From: the human T2T-CHM13v2.0 reference genome, Homo sapiens
Length of the DNA stretch: 64,000 bases
Assembly: GCF_009914755.1 (NCBI RefSeq)
Contig: NC_060937.1
Strand: one strand, 5' to 3'
Shown here: positions 26,728 through 40,390 of the stretch, piece by piece
Layout of the letters: every line of letters begins with the position of its first letter
Numbering within the stretch: position 1 is the stretch's first letter
The notes under the pieces: model-generated
The model's database searches: none
What the model was told of the DNA's origin: nothing
The model's input: only the letters and a program-made list of their open reading frames with translations
Made by a program: the position numbers and the translations under genes

Positions 26728-27495
26728 TGTGTTGTATAATAAAAAATTAATTATCTGGTCTTTGCCCTGCTTCCTGACACAGAGCTCCTAAAACCTTTGG
26801 TATTTTTTAAGTGACTGGAGTATCTTTTTTTATTCATAATAAACCTCCTTTGACCATGCCTTGGTTTATGTTAATGAGATGACATATGGCAGAACCCCCT
26901 AGAGAGTTTCAGGTTTTTAGCTCCTCACCAGAAACAGGGTTAGAAATTTCAGCCCCAACCTCCAACTTCTAGAAAGGGGAGAGAGGCCTGGAGAGTGAGC
27001 ACAATCACCAGTGGCCAATGATTTGATCCCTCATGCCTATGGAATGAAACCTCAATAAAACTCCCTACAGGGCAGGGTTTGGAGAGCTGTCAGGTTGGTG
27101 AATACATCCATGTGCTGGGAGGATGGAGTGCCTGGAGAGGACATGGAAACTCAGGGTTCCCCCTGATACCTTACCCTATCCATTTCTTCCATCTGGCTGC
27201 CCGAGTTGCATCCTTTATCAAAAACTGGTAATCATAAGTGAAATGCCTTCCTAAGTTCTGCAAGGCGTTCTCACCAATTACTGAACTGGAGACAGGATCA
27301 TGGGAATTTCCCAAGTTCTAGTTAGACAGACAAAAGTGTGGGTAGCTTGGGGATCCCATTTGGAGCTGGCATCTGAAGTGCTAGCAGTCTTGAGGGACAG
27401 AGCCCTTGAGCTGCGGCATCTGTGCTAACTGCATAGCTAGCATTAGAATTTAATTGAATTGTTGGACACGTTCTTGGCATCAGGGAATTGGAGAA
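26728..27495. mobile_element. MER21-like LTR
   Basis: tgttgtataataaaaaatt...ctggtctttgccc...agagctcctaaaacc; ctcatgcctatggaatgaaacctcaataaaa. Confidence 0.8.
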
Positions 27496-27882
27496 TACAT
27501 TTCATGAGGCTATGGCTGCCATAGATAAATTCTGATGGATCTGAGCAAAATTAATTGAAAACCTTCTGAGAAGGATTCACCATTCTAGATGCCATTAAGA
27601 ACATACATAATTCATGAGAAAAGATCAAAATATCAACATTAACTGGAGTTTGGAAGTTGGTTCCAACCCTCATGGATGACTCAAGAGTTCAGTGGAGGAA
27701 GTAACTGTAGATGTGGTAGAAATAGCAAGAGAACTAGAGTTAAAAGTGGGGCCTGAAGATGTGACCGAATGGCTACAATTTCAGACTCCCACACCACACT
27801 CTTAAACAATATCCTACTTTGTTTATTTTATGAGCAAAGAAGCAACTCTTTTAAAAAATGTTAACTTGGACAGATGAAGTCA

Positions 27883-28112
27883 TTTCTTTTTTCTTTTTTA
27901 AAAATTTCAGCAGTTTTTGGGAAACAGGTGGTGTTTGGTTGCACGGAAAAGTTCCTTAATGGCGATTTCTGAGATTTTGGTGCACCTGTCACCTGAGCAG
28001 CGTACACTGTACCCAGTGTGTGGTCTTTTATCCCTTGTCACCCATCAACCTTCCCCCGAGTCCCCAAGTCTGTTATATCATTCTTATGCCTTTGCATCCT
28101 CATAGCTTAGCA
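27883..28112 (-). mobile_element. L1PB-type 3' fragment nested in Tigger1
   Basis: Same L1PB 3'UTR signature as 3285-3717 (gatttctgagattttggtgcacc). Confidence 0.85.
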
Positions 28113-28124
28113 CCCAAGGAATGG

Positions 28125-28557
<433 letters not shown>

Positions 28558-29739
28558 TGACTCCAATTTCAAAAGAAGTTCTATAGTGGGTAAAATGCTA
28601 TCAAACAGCACTGCATGCTACAGAGAAATCTTTCATGAAAGGCAGTCTCCATGGACGCAGCAACCCTCACTGTTGTCTTATTTCGAGAAATTGCCACGGC
28701 CACTCCAACCTTCAGCAACCACCACACTGATGAGTCAGTCTTCAGAGGGTCATAATGTTTTTGCCAGTGGAGGGTCTTGCCTCCAGCAAAAAGAAATACG
28801 ACTCGCTGAAACCTCAGATGATCATTAGCATTTTCTGACAATAATGTATTTTTATTAAAGTACACACACTGTTTAAGATACAATGTTATTGCACACTTCC
28901 TGTAGTATAGTTTAAACAACTTTTATATGCACTGGGAAACCAAAAATTTGTGTGGCTTGCCTTGTGATATTCACTTTATTGCAACGTTTACTTCATTGCA
29001 GTGGTCTAGAACTGAACCCACAATATCTCTGAGGTACACCACTATTTATTTTTTTGTAACTTTTCTGTTAGAGCTAATCTTTCTCCATCATTGTTATTAC
29101 AAAATGTAGATGGATGAATGGCTATAAAATAGATTTAACCTATATTTAAATCTACCAATCTTGATACCCTCTTTTAAATAATCAAGACAAACTGAATTTA
29201 CAAAATATGATTAGAGCAGTTTGCTTAAATTTGTAGTCCCTGATTGAATACAGATGTTATGCAAAATAGGCTGGGTCTGGAAATTACCCACAATTGCATC
29301 CTTATTATTTAGCTTTATTTTTGCTTTGGCAAAAAAGAAAGCAAGTGTCTTGACAGAGTTCCTGAGATAGTTGCAGAAATAAGAATAAACCTAGAGCCAA
29401 ATAAAATAATTTCATACATGTAATCAACAACACACAAAGCACAGGCCTAAAAAACTGCCTATTACCAAGCAGTAAAATAGAAATGCCACAATTAAAAAAA
29501 AGAAATGATAAAATTAATATATTAATAGAATCAATTGATGTTTTCACTCTTTCATTCTTGCCCTGGGAATTTAAGAAACAAGGCAATACAATTTAATCAT
29601 ACAAAGGATTAACATTTCAATGTTTAAAAATAGTAATTAATGAATCAGAACATGTTCTTAGTTTCTACTGTTTTCTAAGCCAGGTAACAGACAGTAGTGT
29701 GGTATAAATGTATAAATCAGCATAGAAACTTCATGGAAG

Positions 29740-29890
29740 GGCTATGTAGTAACATGGTTAAGAGTCTAGACTCTAGACCAGACTGCCGGGGTTCAAATCC
29801 AGGTTCTGCACTTATTGATTATGTGGTTTACAGATGAGAAATCTAATCTTCTATGCCTCAGGTTTCCTATCTTCATAATGGGGATAGTTC
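29740..29890 (+). mobile_element. MIR
   Basis: atggttaagagt...gggttcaaatcc...tgcctcaggtttcctatct. Confidence 0.75.
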
Positions 29891-30804
29891 AAAACAATGC
29901 CTGGAGCACAGTGTGTTCTATCCAAGTCTCAGCTTGATGATCTTGTCCTTACTTACTGGAGTCTCATGCTGCAGTGCTGACATGTGTCCCTGGCTGTTCC
30001 ATGTCTTGTGCCTAACTTTCTCCTAAAGTAAGAACAATAGCTACTAGACTGTTTCTCTGGGTGCTGGCATTGACAGGCTAAATGCTAAGTGACTACGATG
30101 AAGACTTGAAATATTCTTCATTTGAAATAAACAGCTAACTCCCAAATTGTACCTAACTAGGGGAGTTTATCATGAAGAAATGTTTAAATGCTTAATTTTA
30201 AAATAAGAAGTAACCAGAGTGTTGCAACATGCTGTTAAATAACCCGACAAACTTCAATCACTATAGCTGTAGTAGAGTGCATTCTGCAAGGATCCCAGAG
30301 TAACCAGTATTTTGGAAATGCAATGTTGAACCGACCATACTAATTATCTGCTGATTAGGAAGTATGACCCAGTGGTTGCCAAGTGACTTTAGTTTCTTTT
30401 TAGTTTTGAGTCTGTGCATTTCAAAATTTGGTGTTGATTGTGTATCAGATGAGTGGCTGCTTCAGAAGTCAAAAGAGTTCTCTACTGTGTCTGGGGCTCT
30501 AATTTGTCAAGCTGTGTCCTAATTGTGGCTTGTGTTTACAAAGTGTCATCAATCTGAATGGGGAAAAACAGGACAGGCAGTTGGATTGATTTAGCGTATT
30601 CTGTACGCAGAGCAGTGTTAAAGAGCAGAGACCTTGAAATTCCCATCCTCTTACATATGTATCATCCGGCTACACACAGGCCTGCTCCCCTGCTGGAATC
30701 ATTCCACACCACACAAAACAAATCATGGATGGATTACATTATGGCTTTTTCAGGTAATGACCAATATAAGGGTTGAAGGGCTTACATAAATACAGGCTTA
30801 AAAA

Positions 30805-31285
30805 AAGTATAAAATCCTGTCATTTGCAGCAACATGCATGGAACTGAGGTCATTATGTTCAGTGAAATAAGCTAAGCAAAGAAAGACAAATATCACATGT
30901 TCTCACTCATATGTGGGAGTTAAAAAGGTTGATCTCATGGAGGTCCACAGTAGAATGATGGTTACCAGAGGCTGGGAAGGGAGTGGGTAGAGGGGAGGAT
31001 GAAGAGATGTTCATTAATGGGTACAAACAAACATAAACTAAATAGAATAAGTTCCAGCGTTTGATAGAGCACAGTAGGGTGACTAGAATAAAGAATAATT
31101 GTATATTTCAGAATAACTGAAACAAAAGATTTAGAATGTTCCTGACACCAAGAAATGATAAACGTTTGAGATGATGGATATCCTAAATACCCTGATTGGA
31201 TCATTATGCCCTGTATGAATGTATCAAAATATCCCACGTACCCTATAAATATGTACAAGTATTATGCATGAATTAAAAAATTTTT
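30805..31285 (+). mobile_element. L1MA-type 3' end
   Basis: aaaatcctgtcatttgcagcaacatg...ttctcactcatatgtggga...ccctataaatatgtaca. Confidence 0.9.
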
Positions 31286-32285
31286 AAAGCAATTTTCTAT
31301 TTTACTAATGTGAATTGCTGTGAAATGCCAGTGTAGTCTCATGATGGCCTGTATAACCCCTTTCTACCTTGACCATGAATGACCCCAAGAGTATGCAATT
31401 TGGAAATATCTTTGCACAATATTAAATTCAAATTATGCCTTCCTGTTCTTCCTAGTACCTTTTATAAATCGTACCATCTTTGTGAACTTTAACATGACTG
31501 TAATGACTGGCAAACCGGACACAGTTCTAACACAAACGCTTCCTTAGAATGGGCTATCATGTTATATTTCCACAGGTACACATATGCTCCTGTCAAAACA
31601 CCTCCAATGTCACAAGTCCACAGAACGCTGCTCAATGTACTTAAGACTCCCAAGAGCATTTTATAAACACAAATTGTGTTTATTTCTGATAAGAAATGCC
31701 TGACTTCTATCACCTCTGTTTATTAAGACTCTTTCCCTGGCCCTCAGCTATGTACAGAACAGACTCCCTTTAAATTAAAAGAAGGAAAAGAAGTCACAAT
31801 CTCTGTTGCTTCTTTCAGAGCTTACCATCTGCAGTGGGTGGCCTATATCTTACTGTAATTCTTATGCATCGCTTTCTTTTCATTCTATCAACCATTGTAT
31901 CAACTGTCTCTCTCATTATATCAACCCTAGTTCAAAAACCATCAAAGGGGTTCTCAATATGTATAAAATTAACCCTTAACTCCTTAACATGACATTAAAG
32001 ACTCTCATGTTCTGTCCCTAACCCACTATTTCACATCACTTCTCTATAAACCTTTCTCTCCAGACTTGTATTTTTGTCGTCGTTTTCTCTCTGTGATCTG
32101 GCTTCTACTTCCATAACTCTAATACTGATTTTAATCCAGTGCGAACTTACTTCAGTAACGAGCCTTGCTGACCCCCCACTCCGCACACAACAGACCTGAA
32201 ACCTGCACTTCTCTTGGCCTCCATGTCACTGTACTATCCCATCTCCTCCTCCACTCCAGCATCTCTGACATACTTCCTCATCTCC

Positions 32286-32589
32286 TTTTTTTTTTTTTTT
32301 TTGAGAAGGAGTCTCGCTCTGTTGCCCAGGCTGGAGTGCAGTGGCACGATCTAGGCTCACTGCAAGCTCCGCCTCCTGAGTTCAAGCCATTCTCCTGCCT
32401 CATCCTCCTGAGTAGCTGGAATTACAGACACCCCCCACCATGCCCGGCTAGTTTTTTGTTTTTGCATTTTTTGTAGAGACGGGGTTTCACCGTGTTAGCC
32501 AGGATGGTCTCAATCTCCTGACCTCGTGATCCACCCGCCTTGGCCTCCCAAAGTGCTGAGATTACAGGTGTGAGCCACTGCGCCCGGCC
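32286..32589 (-). mobile_element. AluY/Sc-like
   Basis: caagctccgcc, ccattctcctgcc, gttagccaggatggtc; TSD tcatctcctt at 32278 and 32590. Confidence 0.97.
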
Positions 32590-32764
32590 TCATCTCCTTC
32601 TTTAGCTCTTTCTTTACCTCCTCTACCCTGTCTGCACAGACATTCATGAAGGTACATCATGCTGGTGTCTCCCAAAGTTACATTTTCATAGTAGGGCTAC
32701 TCCAGAGAAATTAGTCTTTTTTCCTCCCTTGGTTATCTTTATTTTCGTTCAATAAATGATGTAA

Positions 32765-33069
<305 letters not shown>

Positions 33070-33539
33070 ATTTTATTTTCTAATGAAATGTCTTTTTACC
33101 TCACTGCAGGTAGCCTTCTACCCAAAGTTACATCTTCAGCTTTAATCTTGCCCAATTTTAATTGTGCATTTCCAACTCCTTATTGGCTATGTTCACTTGG
33201 ATATCCACTATTAATACAAACTCAACATATCTAAAACCAAACTTATATACCAAATCTCTGCCCATTTTTTTTTTTTTAGTAAAGTAAGTATTTTGCAAGA
33301 TAGATTTCAGAGCCATGTAATCATTGTTGACTTCTCTCTCATTCTTTATAGTCAATAACACTTAGAGAGTCATGCTCTGAGGTATCTTCACTATCCCTTA
33401 TTTTTGACTGCTATTGCAATCCCTCTAAAGGAGGTGGTTGGCATCTCGTGTATAGCACACTATTATCTGCTGGATGCCATGCATCCATCTCTGTTCCTGC
33501 CTATCCATTTGACACACTACTAATAGATGAGCCTTCTGG

Positions 33540-33960
33540 GCAGATAGCGGAAGGCAGCTCAGCATTCCTTCCAGCCCCCTGTCTTTTGACATCTTAAAGA
33601 AAAGAGCCTAGGAAGCTAAAACCTACATTTCCCAGAGGCCTTTGCAACTAAGCTTCTGTGTGCAAGCTAGCTTCCACCAAGCCAAAGCAAGACAGAGGTG
33701 AGCAGTGTTAGGGAGTTGCCCTGTGCAAAGAGGCTGGGTCTTCTGGCAAGCATGACAGCTGAGACGTAAGTCATTCTGGGGCAGCTGGGGAGAGATTCTG
33801 GCATCCAGCTCCAATTAGAGGTGCAACTGGTGAGCAGTGAGTGGCAGAGGTGTTTTGCTAGAAGCGTCCTCTGGCTGCTCTGCTGGCATAATGACATTTA
33901 ACTCCCTTTCATCATAAATTGTTAACGTGGTGGATTCTATTATCAGCAACCAAGAACCCT
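33540..33960 (+). mobile_element. LTR16-like ERVL LTR inserted in L2
   Basis: gaagctaaaacctacatttcccagaggcctttgcaacta...ttctattatcagcaaccaagaaccct. Confidence 0.55.
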
Positions 33961-34242
33961 AAAAACACTTCTCTAAACTCCTGCTTTCATTATCTCAACC
34001 CTAGTTCAATAACCATCAAGGGGGTTCTCAGTGTCTGCAGAATTAACCCTTAACTCCTTAACATGACATTAAAAACTCTCATGTTCTACCCCTAACCCAC
34101 TGGTACTATTTCACATCACTTCTCTATAAACCTTTTCCCCTAGGCTTGTATTTGTTGTTGTTATAGGGCTTCAGCTTACACTATCCCACTCATCAGAAAT
34201 GCCTTTCTCTGCCACTGACATATAAATCCTGCCTATCTTTCA

Positions 34243-34609
<367 letters not shown>

Positions 34610-34849
34610 GCAAGAACAAGCCCCATCTCTGCCATGAAGCCCTCCTGGACCACCTCAGGCAGAAGTGATTTTTCTCTCTCACCTCCTCTAAACAGACTGG
34701 ATACATGGTATTGTTAGAGTACATGTTTTTCACTTATAGCTTTGTTTTCTTGATCATTTCTTCTTTATATGATGGTAAGTTTTCTCTCTCTACTTTTCAT
34801 TCTTGAAGAACCTAAATTGTAACATCTGTAACAACTATATATAGTTAAT

Positions 34850-35360
34850 TTATGGAGCACCTGCTTTTTTGCCAGGGACTGTTCCAGATACTCTGCAAGT
34901 CTCTCCCTGAAACAACCATGTGACAACATTAAAAACAACCCATCTTATGAATGATGGAACAAGTTCTAAGATGTTATATAGCTTGTCCCAGGTCATGTAG
35001 TTAGTCAGAGAGGCAAATTTGTACTCAAACCTAGCCAAGCTGTATTCTCTCCAGGGTAAAATATAGTCCCTTTCACAAAACAGGTCCTCAATAGATACTT
35101 TATCCAATTATTGATTAAATAATCAGTAAATTAATTTTTCAAATGACAATTTCTTGAGTTCTTGCTCTGTGCCATGTTCTCTGCTAAGCACATTACAAAC
35201 ATTTCATTTAATCTTTACATGATGTAGATAGGTACGTTGCTTGTGGAAACCAAGCAAATAAACTGCAATTTAGAGAAACTAAGTAACTTGAAAGATCACA
35301 AAGCTGGTACATGGAAGTTTGGGGATTGGAACTCAAGCATTTGGCTCCACAGTATATGTA
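34850..35360 (-). mobile_element. Two MIR remnants
   Basis: Antisense MIR-like segments at about 34850-35080 and 35150-35360. Confidence 0.55.
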
Positions 35361-37325
35361 GTGGGCAGTGGAGCATCCACTTCTGTTCTCGAAGATACAA
35401 TGATTTGACTTGGAGACTATTTAACAAAATGATTCATAGAAAATATTTTATTTTTAAACAAAAAAAAGTACGTAGTACATTTTTTTGTATTACAAGAGCC
35501 ATCATGACTACTGTGACAACTTTAAAATTTCTAGTTTGCAGGAGGTAGAAATAACCAAATCTAAAAGGAAGTCAGGGAAAAGAGAGGGACAGGAAGGGTA
35601 AGAGGAACCTTGGGGACAATAATTGTAATAGACTGTATTTAATAAAAGTATTTTAGGTAATAAAAACACACTTTATTTAATAAAAATAACTACTGATGAA
35701 ACCTCTCAGGGTTCTCTTATAATATAAAGTCTCATTGCTCAATAAGACACTTTTCTTTGATGACTTCTTTCCCTATTTGACTTACTTTTCATATGCAAAA
35801 TTGTAGTTTGTTCATTATGTATTGGGTTTTGTTATATATTTTCCCTGGTAAAATTATCATTATGGAAAATTTGGCAAATGCAGACAATTATATTTCTTTT
35901 TGGAATTCACATAAGTTTATTTTAAATCCGTTTCAAAGCAACTGATCTGGAAGTTACAGTAGGGAATCTGAGGAGTTTGCTCTAGCTCAAGCCAAATGCA
36001 TCATTCCTTTATAAGGATCTTTTTGTTCCTTTCTTGATAATATTTTTGTCATTCAGAAAATCAATGAAGATACAAAATGATGGCCTATAGAAAACAATAA
36101 ATATACCTACCTCTCAAATGCATGTAGGCAGCTATAGTTTAAGACCAAACATTCAGTTCAACAATACAGGGTGGTTCATGGTGACTGCCAAGGGCTGTTC
36201 TGTAAAGGATGGGTCAGCCCTGGGCCTGTGGAACACCTTTGTGCTCGTATATCAAGCACACATCATGTTCCCTTTATCTATAAATGCCTGCTAATTTTTT
36301 TTTTTTATTTTTAAAGATTTTTGTTCCCTCCATTAAACTGCTTTTATCTCAGTTTTCATTTTTGTTTCAGAACATTTCAATTTTATACATTAAATTTCAA
36401 ATTAAGTAAGTAGCTAGACAAACGGGACTCCTCTGCAATTAATTTTCTTATAAAGTATGAAACTTGCACCTACCCATTCTGCTAATTATGATACAAATAA
36501 AAATCATACTCTAGTGAAAAGTGAGGAGTTTTAATGCCTTTCTGGTCCACAGTATGGTAAGTCTCAGCAAATTCTGCTGAATTCATTCTAAAGAAAATTT
36601 CACACTTTGTGTACATTTCAAAATAGTTTGTTGCTATTTCTGAAAGCTATTCAGACTGCATTTTCTGCAAGTTGTAACAGTTTGAGTCATTAATAAAACT
36701 ACTGAGAATGACTTTTTTTTCATTTTCCTTTGATGAGTTAAGGGCACAAATGATCTTGATAACATAGAACAGTTTCATAAATCATATTGCATAAATGGAA
36801 GGTTGGCAGACCTTTGTTTTTCCACAAATACTTTCGATTGTTGGTCCTGAAGTGAGGGTATGACTGCTGGACCATGGTGATACTCTACATCTCTGAAGTA
36901 CTTTAGAGTCACAAAATACCTTCTCCATGTTATCTGGACTTCACAAAAGTCCTGCAGCAGGAACAGAGGCATTAATTGCTACATCTTCTTTCTGTAAATG
37001 AGCACCCTAAGGATTTTTGGGACTTGTTGGGTGTCACAGTAGCGCTAGTCAGAGAGAAATAAGCACCAATTCTACACATACTTCTTTTTTCACCACCCTG
37101 AGAGACCTGGGAGCCAGAAAACGTTCTGGACATCATCTAGTCTGTTCCCACCTAAGCCCTAACCTGACCCAGGGTAAGACCACGCAAAATTTACTCCAGC
37201 TCACAGAGTGAGATTCTTGCCACGCAGGGACTAATATCTTCTGTGTTCTTCCCAAGTGTAATGGAAATAAAAGTTTCCCAGTTAGGGCTAGGTTTGGACT
37301 CTAGTCCCAAATACACTATCTCTAA

Positions 37326-37629
<304 letters not shown>

Positions 37630-40234
37630 TCTAATTTTGTACAATTCTAGGTTCCTCATCTCTGAGGTGGAACTATTAATACCTACTTTGTGCAGTTGTA
37701 GGGATGAAAAACAGGTAAGGAATGTGGTGTGCCTGGTGCATAATCACCACTGAGTACACAATATTTTATTCCCTTTTCCAATTCGCTGTTCACATAACAG
37801 TACTTAGCTTTCAAATTTCAGGCCATAAATGAAAAACAATTCAGCAATTCATAGTAGCTTCCAAAAACAGGTTGCAAATGTCTATGTCTGACTTTTATAG
37901 CTAATCCTTAACTTACAAATGATGTTTGAATGGTCAAACTTTTCATTTTTTATTTTTATTAAAATATTAAACCAAATAGTAAAACTTATTATTCTTATAA
38001 TAATTTAAGATTTTAAAATATAAGTCCAAATCTACATCAGTCTGCTTTGGCCAATATATTTGTTATAATTTTATTTTTGTGCTTCCTTTAAAAAAATTGT
38101 ACTGTTTGGTGATTAGAATGCAAGTGATCCTTCTATTATCAAGTATTTTGTGAAGTGACTCCTGGTAACATGATTTTACAGCAATGAAAACCCAATACTT
38201 TCCAGGGTGATATTCAAAATAAAGTTATGCATATAATTTTATGTTGCATTCTATCTGCTGCATGCAGTGTTGCGCATGGTCCTGGGGGCTGACACTGCAT
38301 AGAAAGCATTTTCTTAGAAAGCCACAGTGCATCATTTAGTACCAATTTCGCTAAGAAACCAAAGAACTCTCCAGCTAATACTAATGTTTCCCTCCTTACA
38401 GTCTAATGGGCAAGGAAGGAGCAGATACCCTTAGCTCCATGTTGCAGATGTAGGTACTGAGCCTGGTTGACTTGCACACAGGGCCAGCCCAGCAGAAAGG
38501 TGGGATTCAAGTTCAGGAGTAAGGGCTCTCAGCCTGGGCTTTCACTAAACCATGCTCTCTCTTCCATGAAAGTCTCCCCTGTTCCTTCAGACAATAAAAA
38601 TAACACATTGCCTTGGATGAAAATTTTTCTAGTCTGATCTTGACATTTTTGAGAAAAAGGGGGAGTTGTCTCTTGAAAGACATGTTCTGCATTTCGAATT
38701 CACCAGAAATAAATTTTAAAAGAATTCATTTTTATTATTTCCCAGATCCTAAACAGCTCTCTTCACTTCGTGTTTAAGCTATGTGAAAATTAAATGGATA
38801 CAAACAAAATATGATAGAAATTAAAGTATATGTAATTCATAATTTGTATAGGCAGAGTAAAAATCTTTACTAGAGTTTACTAATACAAGTGTATATTCAT
38901 GTGCCTATTCATATGTAGTGAAAGCTACAATTTATTGCTACATTATTATCTAATGATGTATTTGAAATTAGAGCATTTTTATAAAAATAAGTGATTCTGC
39001 AGCAGAATTTCAATGCAATTTGTCACATTTCCTCTTTAAACTGTCATTCTTTTTTTTTCCTGCCACATGAGCTGTTTGTCATTTGAAATAAGCTGTCAGG
39101 TTAAAAAATATATATTGTCTTCTTTAGGGGGACATTTTGTGGCTGTTCTCCTAGGGTAAAACCTTAGAAATGTGACTTTTAGGCATGTGTGAATGGCAGT
39201 AGGATCCAGTCTCTATTTATTATACAGAACCTTATGCTCTGCATATCTAGGTAGTAACATTTCCTTAGCTTTATCCAACTGTACTTGCATTATTTTTTCC
39301 TGTAGTATGATTTGTTTGATTTGTTTGCTTGGTTGTTACTTTTTCAATTACATTACAGCAAATACCATTTATATAAATTACCCCCAAATTTCTTCTGAAA
39401 TGGAAAAGGAATAAGGAAAGAAATACAATATTCAGTCCTATTGTCAGATCAAATGTCATGGCTATTGGTCTGGAATTATGAGCCTTGTGGACCAGAGAAT
39501 ACAATCATCAAAACAGGAATCTAGTTCATCGGCATCATGCTGTAGTACTCTCAAAAATGATTCCTCGCAACATGCTATTTGGTTGGCAGAATGTACTAAA
39601 CATGGCAAAACCACTGACCTAAATCAGCTATTTTCAACTGCTTTTACCTCCATGTTTATAGACATGTAGTTCCTATGTTTATATACATAGTCATATAGAC
39701 ACAGGCCAAGAGACACAAACCCAGATTAATGAAGGTCACTCACCATGGCTATGGCACAGACAGTAGGTTGACATCTTCAGTAAATTAACTGCAACTCTAC
39801 TCTCCTCTCATCCAACCCAACATACCAGTGAGTCCTAACCCACCAATGTATACTCACGTCTTAGAGGAAAGCTGCTAGTTCTAGAGGGAGATTTTTTACA
39901 ATGAAATTGTGCACAGAATCTCAAAGTATAAAAAGGTCAATATTGATCTCTAGTTATAATAAATGTATTTTATAAATTAAAATCTTTTTTATGAAGCCAA
40001 CATAAAAAAAGTTTGATAAATCCTAAAATCTTATTTTTTGTGGTATCGATGGCAGCATCCAATTTATCTTGCATTTTGTTTCAATTAGAGAGTGTAAAAG
40101 AATCAAGATTTACTGAAATTCACAGTTAAAAAGTAAGAGTCTTTAGCAGGCCATTTTGCAGTCTCAGAATCCTCTTCACTAGAATAATCTAGATTATCAC
40201 AGGGTGGAAAAGTACTAAAATAATATAAATTATT

Positions 40235-40390
40235 ACTAGTTAGAAGGGAATAAGGGAAGCTTCTGACTGCTCAAAACAGTCTATATCATGATCTGTATGA
40301 AGGTCGCATGGGTGTATACAAATGTAAAAATTCACTGAGCTGTACACTTAAGATCTGTAAACTGAACAATGTACGTGTCATGCCTTAATA
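40235..40390 (+). mobile_element. Old L1M 3' fragment
   Basis: atgggtgtatacaaatgtaaaaattcactgagctgtacacttaagat. Confidence 0.65.

Noticed and set aside
30090-30360. C/D-box snoRNA or scaRNA
   Set aside because: The box C match is imperfect (aCGATGA) and I see no terminal stem or recognisable guide.
31489-31713. 74-aa minus-strand ORF in unique sequence with a few CpGs
   Set aside because: GTG start, only mild CpG excess and no recognisable homology; within chance.
36554-36562. ATG|GTAAGT as a Met-only first exon (also at about 23041 and 34772)
   Set aside because: A 9-mer with appreciable chance expectation; no promoter or acceptor support.
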